A stretch of DNA of 64,000 nt from Acidobacteriota bacterium (GCA_002730525.1 PCAK01000032.1:74580-138579); one strand, 5' to 3'. Shown: positions 17,247-26,035, counted from the first letter of the stretch. A program made the numbers and translations. The notes: generated by a model from the sequence alone, not told the origin.

Positions 17247-19058
17247 TCAACGCGTCGGGTCGTCGCCAGGCGGGGGCAGGATCGGGCTGACGTCGAAGAA
17301 CTCGTCCTCCTCGAAGTCGGGGAGGTCCGAGGGCAGTGTGCCGAAGTCGCCGAAGCCGAGGGCCGGGTCGCGCTCGACGATGAACGGCCGCAGATCCGTC
17401 TCCGTCAGATCGAGCTCGCGCACGATGTGCGGCGTGAGCGTCAGGACGATGTCGGTCGTCTGGCGCTCGATCTTGTTCCGCGCGAACAGCCGTCCGACGA
17501 CGGGGATGTCGCTGAGTCCGGGGATGCCGTCCAGGACCGTCCGCTCGTCGTCGCGAATCAGGCCGGCCAGCAGATTGGTCTCGCCGTCCTTCAGGCGGAT
17601 CGTCGTGTTGATGAAGCGGTTGCCGAACGTCGGGAGGTCGCCGAAGCCCGTGCCCGAGATGTTGCTAATTTCGACCTGAAGCGCGAGCGAGACCTCGCCG
17701 TCGTGATGGGTCCGCGGCGTGATGTCGATGTTGACACCGATGTTCTCGTAGTTGAACGACGTGATCGGCTGCTGGGCGACGCCGCCGGTGGCGATCGGCG
17801 CGAACGTCGTGACCGGGACCGGCACGCGCTCGCCGAAGCGGGCCTGGGCCGACAGGCCTTCGGACGTGCGCAGATGCGGGTTTGCCAGGGTCCGCGTGTT
17901 GCCGTCGCGTTTCAGGAGCCGGTAGTACAGGCCGGGCAGGTTCGTCACGAAGATGTCGCCCTGGGTCAGGTTGGTGACGTCCTCCAGAGTCAAGCCCTCG
18001 GCGTTCGCATCGAACGCACCGTCGAGGCCGGGCGATCCGGGCGAGGCGAACTGCAGGCCGTACTCCCGCAGTTGCTGGCGATCGACCTCGAGCAACTCCA
18101 CCTCGATGATGACCTCGGGTCGGGCCTTGTCGATCGCGTCGATCACCCGCGCCGCGGCCGTCACGCGCTCGGGCGTGTCCATGACGGTAATGGCGTTCGT
18201 CGCGCTCATAGGCGCGATGCGCCGGAGATCCATCACGATCCGCAGCAGATCGATCGCTTCCTCGATGTCGGCGTTGCTCAGGTAGAATGTCCGCACGACG
18301 TCGCGCCCGTACTCTTCGCGCTTTCCCGGCGCATCGGGGACGATGGTGATCGTGTCCTCCGCGGTGACGCGGACGAAGTTGTTGGTGGCGTCGGCGGTCG
18401 CCTGCAGCGCGGCCTCGAGTGAGGGGCTGCGCAAGTCGATCGATACGGGCGTGGCCCGAAACATCGGATCGAACAGGACCGAGACGCCGGAAAACTGTCC
18501 GATCGCCGCGAAGACGTCACGGCTGCTCGCGTCGCGAAAAACGATCGACTCGGGCAGCGCCGCGCCGATCGGGAACTCCAGACCCTCAGGAGCGAAGTCA
18601 GCCGAACGGGCGATCAGGGACTCCAGTTCGGTCACACCCTCCGGCCGGGCCGCCAACCCGGCGCGCACCTTGAGTCGGGTCGCACGCAGCGCATCGGCGA
18701 TGGCGCCGCTCGTCGGGTTCAGATCGGCGGCGATCTGGTATTCCACGACGGCGCCGGCGTAATGGCTCCGTTCGTCGAGCCGTCGACCCCGCTCGTAGTG
18801 TGCCTGCGCCGCCCGGAGGCTGGCGCGTTCCAGCGCGAGCCGCGCGTCCAGATCATCCGGGCGTTCCCGTACGACCTTCGAAAACTCGAGGACCGCCCGG
18901 TCGTAGTCTTCCTGACGTTCGGCGGCGGTACCGGCCGTCATCCCCGCGTGGGTCGTGGCGCATCCGGCGAGCGGCACGACGGCGACGAGCAGGGCGATCG
19001 CCAGACGGTGTGCCGACGGGTCACCGTGTCTGCCGGGGCGTCTAGTTGGGGACGTCAT
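17247..19058 (-). CDS. Secretin-family outer-membrane protein with lipoprotein signal and TPR-like N-terminal module
   Basis: It has a signal peptide plus lipobox (LLVAVVPLAGC), then TPR-like helices, then the secretin C-domain (NLLAGLIRDDERTVLDGIPGLSDIPVVGRLFARN..DIVLTLTPHIV). Confidence 0.85.
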   Translation of the reverse strand: MTSPTRRPGRHGDPSAHRLAIALLVAVVPLAGCATTHAGMTAGTAAERQEDYDRAVLEFSKVVRERPDDLDARLALERASLRAAQAHYERGRRLDERSHYAGAVVEYQIAADLNPTSGAIADALRATRLKVRAGLAARPEGVTELESLIARSADFAPEGLEFPIGAALPESIVFRDASSRDVFAAIGQFSGVSVLFDPMFRATPVSIDLRSPSLEAALQATADATNNFVRVTAEDTITIVPDAPGKREEYGRDVVRTFYLSNADIEEAIDLLRIVMDLRRIAPMSATNAITVMDTPERVTAAARVIDAIDKARPEVIIEVELLEVDRQQLREYGLQFASPGSPGLDGAFDANAEGLTLEDVTNLTQGDIFVTNLPGLYYRLLKRDGNTRTLANPHLRTSEGLSAQARFGERVPVPVTTFAPIATGGVAQQPITSFNYENIGVNIDITPRTHHDGEVSLALQVEISNISGTGFGDLPTFGNRFINTTIRLKDGETNLLAGLIRDDERTVLDGIPGLSDIPVVGRLFARNKIERQTTDIVLTLTPHIVRELDLTETDLRPFIVERDPALGFGDFGTLPSDLPDFEEDEFFDVSPILPPPGDDPTR

Positions 19059-19746
19059 CGTGTCTGATCACCTCGACGTCTGCCGGAATCGTGAACTCGA
19101 ACCTCGCGTCCGCAATCCCGATGTTCTCCCGCAGATTACTGAAGCGAAAGGTCGACGTGCCTCCCTGGCGGTCGTTCGAGATCAGCTGCTGGAGCGTCAG
19201 GCCGTCGCGGTCGACGACGAGCGTCAACGCCTCGTACTCGGGAGCCGAGGATCGTGGTTCGAGACGCAACGCGTAGCTCCCCTGGGCCAGGTCGGGGAGG
19301 TCGGCGTAGGCCGCGCGAAAATCCCGGACGAGGTCGCCCTTGCCGGTGAGCAGCAGGACGGCCGCGCTGGCCTCGTCCTCCTGCGGCATGGTGCTGACCG
19401 TCACCTGAGCGTCCGCAGGGAAGTGTGCGTACATGGTCTGGCCATCCGAGATGAAGAGCTTTTCTTCGGGGGCGTCGTACTGCCAGCGCATCTGCCCCGG
19501 CTTCTTGATGAGGACCGTGCCGCGCTCCCTGGCCTGCATCCGCAGCGCGCCGCCTTCGTAGACGTGCTCGAAGTCGGCGGAGAAGTCGCGGACGCCGTCG
19601 TAGCGCTGCTGCAGCAATGCGGCCAGCGTCGTGGGGTCAGGGCGCTCCTGGGCGACGAGCGGCAGGCTCGGCATCACCAGCAGGGCCAGCACGGTCAGGA
19701 GACCGCCGGTCAATCGTGCCGTCTCGCGGGGCGATTCGGTGCGCAT
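19042..19746 (-). CDS. lolA: Outer-membrane lipoprotein carrier protein LolA
   Basis: 234 aa ORF with a signal peptide. The segments LQQRYDGVRDFSADFEHVY..GTVLIKKPGQMRWQY..LFISDGQTMY match the LolA pattern. Its stop overlaps the secretin start by 17 nt. Confidence 0.85.
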   Translation of the reverse strand: MRTESPRETARLTGGLLTVLALLVMPSLPLVAQERPDPTTLAALLQQRYDGVRDFSADFEHVYEGGALRMQARERGTVLIKKPGQMRWQYDAPEEKLFISDGQTMYAHFPADAQVTVSTMPQEDEASAAVLLLTGKGDLVRDFRAAYADLPDLAQGSYALRLEPRSSAPEYEALTLVVDRDGLTLQQLISNDRQGGTSTFRFSNLRENIGIADARFEFTIPADVEVIRHDDVPN

Positions 19747-19786
19747 GGTGTGCAGTTACGAGCAAATTCGAAACACCCAGAACTCC

Positions 19787-19795
19787 ATCATAGCA
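19787..19795 (-). promoter_or_regulatory. Candidate extended -10 (TGCTATGAT) for lolA-secretin
   Basis: The minus strand reads TGCTATGAT about 40 nt upstream of lolA ATG 19746. The same 9-mer occurs upstream of korA. Confidence 0.35.
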
Positions 19796-19848
19796 CAGGA
19801 CTTACGGGCGCCGTCCCGGGGGGGAAGGCGGTCGTCCGGCGACGCGGT

Positions 19849-21465
19849 TCAGGCGCTGGCGCGTTTGCGCGCGATGATCTCGCGGATGGCGCTGAGGGGC
19901 TGGGTGTTGACGACCTGGTCGGCTCGCAGCCAGCCGCGGCGCGCGGTCCCGATGCCGTACCACATCTGGGCGCCGAGGCGCGACGCGCGGTGGCAGTCGC
20001 TGTCCACGCTGATCATGGCGCCGGCGGCGGCGGCGTGTCGGGCCACCGCGCCGTCCATGTCCAAGTGGATCGGCGCGCCGTCGATCTCGAGGATCGTCCC
20101 GGTCGACTTCGCGGTCGTGAAGACGGCGTCGAGGTCGAGTTCGTACCCGGGCCGGTGTCCGACGATCCGGTTCGTTGGATGCGCCAGGATGTTGACCAGC
20201 GGATGGCGAAGCGCCGCGAGACTGCGGGCGGTCAGTTCCTCGCCCGAATGCCCCGCGCGGTCGTGCAATGACGCAATGACCAGGTCCAGCGGCTCGAGCG
20301 TCGCGTCGTCCAGATCCAGCGTCCCGTCCGGCATGATGTCGACCTCGACGCCGTGCAGGATCGTGAGCTGCGGCAGGCGCGTCCGGACCCGTTCGATTTC
20401 AGCGGCCTGACGCCGCAGCCGCGCAGGGTCGACGGCGCGTCGAGTCTCGGCGTGAGGGGAGTGATCGGTGATGGCGATGTACTCGTACCCCAGGGCCTGC
20501 GCAGCCTCGGCCATGACCTCGATGGGGTCCTGCCCATCACTCCAGTCCGAGTGCATGTGCAGATCGCCGCGAATGTCGCCGACCGACACGAGGTCGGGCA
20601 GCGCGCCGGCCGCGGCGGCCTCGATTTCGTCCTCTCCGATCCTGAGTTCCGGTGCGATCTGGGAGAGCCCGAGCGTGGCGTAGATCTCGCCGTCGGATTC
20701 AGAGGCCCTGGCGAGCGGCTCACCTGCGCGGAAGACACCCGCCGAGCGGAGCGTGAAGCCCTTGGCCCGGGCGTGGTCGACGAGCTTCGCCAGGTGCGCT
20801 TCAGTACCCGTGGACCAGAGCTGGGCGAGTCCCCGGGCAGGCTTGGGCACGACCCTGAGATCCACCTGACTGTCGTCGATGAGCACGCTTGCCTTGTGCC
20901 GGCTCCGATGCAGGATCTCCGAGACGCCTGGCAGATCCACCAGGGCGGCGAGCATCGCCCGGGGATCGGCCGCCGATCCGAGCAGGGAGATATCGGCCAC
21001 CAGCGGATCGACCCGTCGAAGCGCGCCGACGGCTTCGACCTGTTCGCCATCGGTCGAGTTCTTCCGGAGCGCCTCCAGCACCGGCAGCACGATGCGCCAC
21101 GCCCAGCCGAGGGGGACGCCGTCGGCATCCGCGGCACTCGGCCCGCTGGCTGGCGCGAGCACGCCTCGCAACGCCCGCGCGATCCGCGCATTGGCCGGAA
21201 CACGTTCATCGAGGAGGCCCTCGCGCAGAACGGCCTGAAGCTCGGTGCGCGTCGTCACGCCGAACTGACGGTACAGGGTCGCGACCGTTTCGAGCGGCAG
21301 ACCCGCCGACACGACCAGACGGTGCAGTTCGTCGGGAATCCGCGTCAGCGCCGGCTGGAGGAGGGCGAGTGGGCCCTCGGTGACGATCGTCTGAGCGTAG
21401 TCCCCGGCGATCGGCTCGATGCTTGCAGCCTTGGCGAGGTCGCCGGCGCGGGCGAGATCGAGCAC
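19849..21465 (-). CDS. PolX-like protein with intact PHP domain but degenerate polymerase motif (paralogue of polX)
   Basis: It has PHP motifs GDLHMHSDWSDG, ITDHS and VDSDCH. The palm-equivalent region GALRRVDPLVADISLL lacks the DxD pair. The frame stays open upstream of GTG 21465 with PolX-like N-terminal sequence. Confidence 0.8.
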   Translation of the reverse strand: MLDLARAGDLAKAASIEPIAGDYAQTIVTEGPLALLQPALTRIPDELHRLVVSAGLPLETVATLYRQFGVTTRTELQAVLREGLLDERVPANARIARALRGVLAPASGPSAADADGVPLGWAWRIVLPVLEALRKNSTDGEQVEAVGALRRVDPLVADISLLGSAADPRAMLAALVDLPGVSEILHRSRHKASVLIDDSQVDLRVVPKPARGLAQLWSTGTEAHLAKLVDHARAKGFTLRSAGVFRAGEPLARASESDGEIYATLGLSQIAPELRIGEDEIEAAAAGALPDLVSVGDIRGDLHMHSDWSDGQDPIEVMAEAAQALGYEYIAITDHSPHAETRRAVDPARLRRQAAEIERVRTRLPQLTILHGVEVDIMPDGTLDLDDATLEPLDLVIASLHDRAGHSGEELTARSLAALRHPLVNILAHPTNRIVGHRPGYELDLDAVFTTAKSTGTILEIDGAPIHLDMDGAVARHAAAAGAMISVDSDCHRASRLGAQMWYGIGTARRGWLRADQVVNTQPLSAIREIIARKRASA

Positions 21466-21628
21466 CTCTTCGGTCCGCTCCGGGGGCCACGCGCCGAGCG
21501 TATCGGCAGCTGTCGCCAGCGCGGCCGCCTCGATCGACTCGCCGCGAATGTCAGCGATCGCAGCGAGCCGCCGGAGCGTCTGCAGGAGGACGTCGGCCGA
21601 GGCACCGTGGCTTGGGTGCGTGATTGGG

Positions 21629-21991
21629 CTAGCCTTTGAGTGCCCCTGCCTTCGGAGGCGCCTGCGCTGGGGCGTCCTTCGTATCGGTTGGGAACTTCGC
21701 GGCCACCCAATCGGCGATGCCGCCCTTCAGCGCGCGGGCCTGGAAGCCCGCTCGGATCAGATTCGCCGCCAGCTTGGCGCTAGCCAACTCCTCAGGATCC
21801 GAATCGTAGGTGACGATCTCACGGTCGCGCGGGAGGGACGACGGATCCGGGTCGCGGAGTGCCCCCGGCAGGATCACGGTGCTGTGCTCGTACGGATACT
21901 TGAGCCTCGCATCGACCAGGACGGGCGCGGCCGCCGCATTGCCGTCGAGGCGTTCCTTCAGTTCTTCTTTGGTAATTCGCGGGATCGACAT
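21629..21991 (-). CDS. Rhodanese-like domain protein
   Basis: 120 aa ORF. The pattern ITKEELKERL...VLVDARLKYPYEHSTVILPGAL...IVTYDSDPEE..A..L...GF.ARALKGGIADW is rhodanese-like. The active-site loop position reads YDSDPEE, so the Cys is apparently absent. Confidence 0.8.
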   Translation of the reverse strand: MSIPRITKEELKERLDGNAAAAPVLVDARLKYPYEHSTVILPGALRDPDPSSLPRDREIVTYDSDPEELASAKLAANLIRAGFQARALKGGIADWVAAKFPTDTKDAPAQAPPKAGALKG

Positions 21992-22047
21992 TTACTGGTA
22001 TTGTCGCCGTCGGTCAAACGGACTGTCAAGGGCTCGAACGGGCGATC

Positions 22048-22671
22048 ATGGCACCACAACTCGATCTGGATGAGTGGTTCGGCGAGATCGACATCTATCT
22101 CTTCGACCAACTGCTCAAGGGACGCATTCGGCCGGAAGACCAGGTGCTCGACGCAGGCTGTGGCGAGGGCCGCAACCTTGTCCATGGGCTTCGTTGTGGC
22201 TGGGAGGTGTCGGCGGTCGATCGCTCGGTGTCGGCGGTCGAGTCGGTCCGGCGGTTGGCTGAGCGGCTGGCGCCCCAGCTGCCGGCTCGACACTTCAGGG
22301 TCGAGGAACTCGACGCCCTGTCGTTCGAGGATGGCGTGTTCGACGTCGTCATCTGCAACGCGGTGCTGCACTTCGCGGACGACGAGGCGCACTTCGAGCG
22401 GATCGTCAATGAGCTGTGGCGGGTGCTCCGGCCGGGCGGCATGTTCTTCGCCCGGATGGCCTCGACGATCGGCCTCGAGGATCGGATTGTGCCGGTGGCG
22501 CCGCGGCGTGGCCGGTCACCCGACGGGGTCGAGCGGTTCCTCGTGGACGAGTCGCTGCTGCTGTCGTGCGGCCAGCGGCTCGGCGGAGATCTGCTCGACC
22601 CGATCAAGACGACGATCGTCCAGGATCAACGCGCGATGACCACCTGGTGCCTGCGCAGAGGCGACGGATAG
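22048..22671 (+). CDS. Class I SAM-dependent methyltransferase
   Basis: 207 aa ORF with VLDAGCGEGRN (motif I), FDVVICNAVLHF and LRPGGMFF. Confidence 0.85.
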   Translation: MAPQLDLDEWFGEIDIYLFDQLLKGRIRPEDQVLDAGCGEGRNLVHGLRCGWEVSAVDRSVSAVESVRRLAERLAPQLPARHFRVEELDALSFEDGVFDVVICNAVLHFADDEAHFERIVNELWRVLRPGGMFFARMASTIGLEDRIVPVAPRRGRSPDGVERFLVDESLLLSCGQRLGGDLLDPIKTTIVQDQRAMTTWCLRRGDG

Positions 22672-22699
22672 TCGACGCAGGATGATACGCTGCGGGCTC

Positions 22700-22846
22700 A
22701 TGGCGCTGCCGTGCCCCACCTGCGGGGCGGACCGAACCCATCGTTCACGACGCACCATATTCGAGCGGTGGGTGAGCCGCCTGGTCCGAATGCGACCCTA
22801 CCGCTGTTCGCAGTGTGGACGGCGTTTGGTGGGGCGTCGGCGGTGA
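22700..22846 (+). CDS. Small zinc-ribbon protein (48 aa, two CxxC pairs); not in the ORF track because it is under 60 aa
   Basis: Hand translation from ATG 22700 gives MALPCPTCGADRTHRSRRTIFERWVSRLVRMRPYRCSQCGRRLVGRRR, ending at TGA 22844-22846. The motifs are CPTCG and CSQCG. Confidence 0.5.
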   Translation: MALPCPTCGADRTHRSRRTIFERWVSRLVRMRPYRCSQCGRRLVGRRR

Positions 22847-22893
22847 TGACGACGCGTTGCGGTCAGAGGCTGCGACGTCGAAGGTGCGGTGAA

Positions 22894-22969
22894 TGGTGGA
22901 CGGCAAGGGGCTCGAACCCTCGACCTCGGCGTTGCGAACGCCGCGCTCTCCCAACTGAGCTAGCCGCCC
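22894..22969 (-). tRNA. tRNA-Ala (anticodon CGC), CCA encoded
   Basis: Hand-folded cloverleaf: GGGCGGC TA GCTC AGTTGGGA GAGC G CGGCG TTCGCAA CGCCG AGGTC GAGGG TTCGAGC CCCTT GCCGTCC ACCA. The G3:U70 pair is the alanine identity element. Confidence 0.95.
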
Positions 22970-23020
22970 ATCTCGACGCGATGCTGCCGTCGCGGTTTGC
23001 CGCGCGACGACAAACGCGGA

Positions 23021-23049
23021 ATTGTACCATGCGGGGTAGGCGTGGGCAA
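23021..23049 (-). promoter_or_regulatory. Candidate sigma70-type promoter of tRNA-Ala (TTGCCC-17-TGgTACAAT)
   Basis: The minus strand reads TTGCCC (23049-23044), a 17-nt spacer, then TACAAT (23026-21) preceded by TGg. It lies about 50 nt upstream of the tRNA 5' end. Confidence 0.45.
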
Positions 23050-23126
23050 CGCGACGGGACCGTCGTGTCACCGATCACGAGCGAGGCGTCGAATTCCTTC
23101 CACACGAGACGACGACGAATCGAGCG

Positions 23127-24209
23127 ATGTCAGACGTGAAGCGCGTCGGCGTGATGACCGGCGGCGGGGACGCCCCGGGACTGAACGCGGTCATCCGTGC
23201 CGTCGTGAAGTCGGCCGCCGGGTACGGCTACGAGTGCATCGGCTTCGAGGACAGCTTCGATGGACTGATCGACCCTGGCCGTTCGCGGACGCTAACGCGG
23301 GACGACGTCGCGGGCATCATCCGCATCGGCGGGACGATTCTCGGGACGACGAACCGCGGCGATCCGTTCGCGTATCCCGGCCAGGACGGTGCCGAGGGCG
23401 ACGATCTCTCGGCACGGTGCATGCGGACGGTGCGCGAGCTCGGCCTCAAGGGCCTGGTCGTCATCGGGGGCGACGGCACGCTCACGATTGCCGAGCGGTT
23501 TCATCGGCTCGGCATGCCGATTGTCGGCGTGCCGAAGACGATCGACAACGACATCGTCGGCACGAACAGCTGCTTCGGGTTCGATACGGCGGTCGCGTTC
23601 GCCACCGAGGCGATCGACCGCCTGCATACGACCGCCCAGTCGCACCGCCGCGTGATGGTCGTCGAGGTGATGGGCCGCTATGCGGGCTGGATCGCCCTCT
23701 ATGCCGGCCTGGCTGGGGGGGCGGACGCCATCCTCATTCCCGAGATTCCGTACGATCTGGAGCGCGTGGCGGCCAGCGTCCTGGAGCGTGAGGGATTCGG
23801 CGCACGGTTCAGCATCGTCGTGGTCGCGGAGGGTGCGGCGCCGATCGGTGGCACGGTGTCGGTGGTCGAACAGGCCCAGGCCGGCCGTCTGGAACGACTG
23901 GGTGGCGTGGGGAGTCAGGTGGCGGAGCAGCTCGAGGGCCTGACCGGCAAGGAGAGCCGGAGCGTCGTGCTCGGACATCTCCAGCGCGGCGGTACGCCGA
24001 CCGCGTTCGACCGGGTTCTGGCGACGCGGTTCGGCGGGAAGGCGATGGAACTGGTCAACCATGGCATCTTTGGCATGATGGTGGCCAACCGGCCGCCCGA
24101 ACTGGTCGCGGTGCCGTTGGCGGAGATGGTGGGGAAGACCAAGAAGGTCCCGCTCGACCTCGACCTGGTCAACACCGCGCGGGCGATCGGGATCAGCTTC
24201 GGGGACTGA
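23127..24209 (+). CDS. pfkA: ATP-dependent 6-phosphofructokinase
   Basis: It has VGVMTGGGDAPGLNAVI, IGGDGT (Gly, not the Asp of PPi-type enzymes), PKTIDND and VMGRYAG. Confidence 0.9.
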   Translation: MSDVKRVGVMTGGGDAPGLNAVIRAVVKSAAGYGYECIGFEDSFDGLIDPGRSRTLTRDDVAGIIRIGGTILGTTNRGDPFAYPGQDGAEGDDLSARCMRTVRELGLKGLVVIGGDGTLTIAERFHRLGMPIVGVPKTIDNDIVGTNSCFGFDTAVAFATEAIDRLHTTAQSHRRVMVVEVMGRYAGWIALYAGLAGGADAILIPEIPYDLERVAASVLEREGFGARFSIVVVAEGAAPIGGTVSVVEQAQAGRLERLGGVGSQVAEQLEGLTGKESRSVVLGHLQRGGTPTAFDRVLATRFGGKAMELVNHGIFGMMVANRPPELVAVPLAEMVGKTKKVPLDLDLVNTARAIGISFGD

Positions 24210-24217
24210 CCGACCGG

Positions 24218-25402
24218 TCAGGCCGGGTCGAGGACGTCCAGGTACTTCAGGGCACCGCCCGTGTTGAACAGGACGACCGTATCGTCCGGCTTCACCAGGC
24301 CGTCGGCGATGAGCGCGTGCAGCGCGCCCAGAGCCGCGCCGCCCTCGGGCGCGGCGCTGATTCCTTCGTGGCGGCCCAGGTCCCGCATGTAGCGTACCAT
24401 GTCGGCGTCGTCGACGGCGATCGCTCGACCGCCGCTCTCGCGCAAGGCCCGGAGGATTAGGAAGTCGCCGATTGCCTTCGGCACGCGCAGCCCATCGGCC
24501 ACGGTATGGGCGTCGGCCCACGGCTCGGCTCGGTCCAATCCCTGCTCGAAGGCTCTGACGATCGGGGCGCAGCCGGTCGCCTGGGCCGTCACCATCCGCG
24601 GCCGGCGGCCTTCGGACATCCAGCCGATGGCTTCGAGTTCGGCCATCGCCTTCCACATGCCGACCATGCCGGTGCCGCCGCCGGTCGGATAGATGATCCA
24701 GTCGGGCCACTGCCAGTCGAACTGCTCGGCCAGCTCGTAGGCCATCGTCTTCTTGCCCTCGATCCGGTAGGGCTCCTTCAGGGTCGAGACGTCGTACCAG
24801 CCCAGCGGGCCGCCACGTTCCGCCGCCACGCGGCCGGCATCGGTGATCAGGCCATCGACCAGCGTGACCTCCGCGCCGTACAGCTCGCATTCGCGGATGA
24901 ATGGCTGCTTGACGTCCTTCGGCATGAACACCTTGGCCGGAATGCCGGCCTGGGCGGCGTAGGCCGACATCGCGTTGGCGGCGTTTCCCGCCGACGGGAC
25001 CGACAGCGTCTTCGCCTTGAGCGCGTGCGCCCGGGTCACCGCCGCCGAGAGGCCCCGGGCCTTGAACGAATTGGTCGGATTGAGTGACTCATCCTTGATG
25101 TAGAGCGACGACAGCCCGAGGCTGCGGCCGAGGGTGGTGGTATGGAGGAGGGGCGTGAAGCCCTCGCCGAGGGTGACCGGCCCGACCTGGTCCTCATCCA
25201 GGAGCGGCATCATCTCGGCGTAGCGCCACATCGTGGGCGCTCGGTCGACGAGCGACGACTTGTCCCAGGCCGCGGCGACGCGGTCGACGTCGTAGCGCAC
25301 GAGCAGCGGCAGTCCGCAGCTGCAGAGATGGTGCCGTTCGCGCGGATCGAACGGGCCCGCGCCGCAGCCGGCGGAACACTCGAGATGCGAAACGTAGGCC
25401 AT
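24218..25402 (-). CDS. thrC: Threonine synthase (PLP-dependent, N-terminal Cys-rich segment)
   Basis: 394 aa ORF. It has the KDESLNPTNSFKARG PLP-lysine motif and the PSAGNAANA and GGGTGMVG motifs. Confidence 0.9.
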   Translation of the reverse strand: MAYVSHLECSAGCGAGPFDPRERHHLCSCGLPLLVRYDVDRVAAAWDKSSLVDRAPTMWRYAEMMPLLDEDQVGPVTLGEGFTPLLHTTTLGRSLGLSSLYIKDESLNPTNSFKARGLSAAVTRAHALKAKTLSVPSAGNAANAMSAYAAQAGIPAKVFMPKDVKQPFIRECELYGAEVTLVDGLITDAGRVAAERGGPLGWYDVSTLKEPYRIEGKKTMAYELAEQFDWQWPDWIIYPTGGGTGMVGMWKAMAELEAIGWMSEGRRPRMVTAQATGCAPIVRAFEQGLDRAEPWADAHTVADGLRVPKAIGDFLILRALRESGGRAIAVDDADMVRYMRDLGRHEGISAAPEGGAALGALHALIADGLVKPDDTVVLFNTGGALKYLDVLDPA

Positions 25403-25441
25403 GGCGAAGGGAGGGGAGGGCGGCGTGGCGGCGACAGGCCG

Positions 25442-26011
25442 CTACCTGTTCAGGAGCTCGTCGTCCTTGTGCTTCTGGAGCTCGTCGAGCATCTTCACGT
25501 GGTCGTCGGTGAGTTTCTGGGTGCGGTCGAGCGCATGGCGTTCCTCGTCTTCGGAGATCGCCTTGTCCTTGAGCAGCTTCTTCAGCCTGTCGTTCGCATC
25601 GCGCCTGGCCTGGCGAACGCCGTTGCGGCTTTCTTCCGCGAGCTTGTGAACGAGCCGCGAGAGTTCCTTGCGCCGCTCGTCGGTCAGCGCCGGGAGCGGG
25701 ATCCGGATCACCTTCCCGTCGTTGCTCGGATTCAGGCCGAGATTGGCCGCCTGGATCGCCTTCTCGATCGCGCCCATGAGGCCGGGATCGAACGGTTGCG
25801 CGGCGATGAGCGTCGGCTCGGGCACGGACAGGCTCGCGACCTGGTTGAGCGGCACCGAACTGCCGTAGGCGTCGACGTGGACGCCGTCGAGGAGCGCCAC
25901 CGAGGCGCGTCCGGTCCGCACGCCCGCCAGTTCCTTCTTGGCATGCGCGATCGCCTCGTTCATCCGCTTGTCGATTGCGGCGTAGAGTCCCTTCAGATCG
26001 CTGGCGTCCAT
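25442..26011 (-). CDS. frr: Ribosome recycling factor
   Basis: 189 aa ORF with VRTGRASVALLDGVHVDAYGS..PLNQVA and ISEDEER motifs. Confidence 0.95.
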   Translation of the reverse strand: MDASDLKGLYAAIDKRMNEAIAHAKKELAGVRTGRASVALLDGVHVDAYGSSVPLNQVASLSVPEPTLIAAQPFDPGLMGAIEKAIQAANLGLNPSNDGKVIRIPLPALTDERRKELSRLVHKLAEESRNGVRQARRDANDRLKKLLKDKAISEDEERHALDRTQKLTDDHVKMLDELQKHKDDELLNR

Positions 26012-26035
26012 ACCCCGCCCCTCCGCGGTTAAAAC

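Noticed and set aside
22847-23126. Genomic island or integrated element at tRNA-Ala.
   Set aside because: There is no integrase, no direct repeat of the tRNA 3' end, and no compositional break. Both flanks carry ordinary housekeeping genes (methyltransferase, pfkA).
22711-23139. 142-aa plus-strand ORF, plus minus-strand ORFs 22745-23071 and 22863-23105.
   Set aside because: They run straight through the tRNA-Ala gene and its promoter and have no recognisable features. The 48-aa zinc-ribbon ORF and the tRNA explain the region better.
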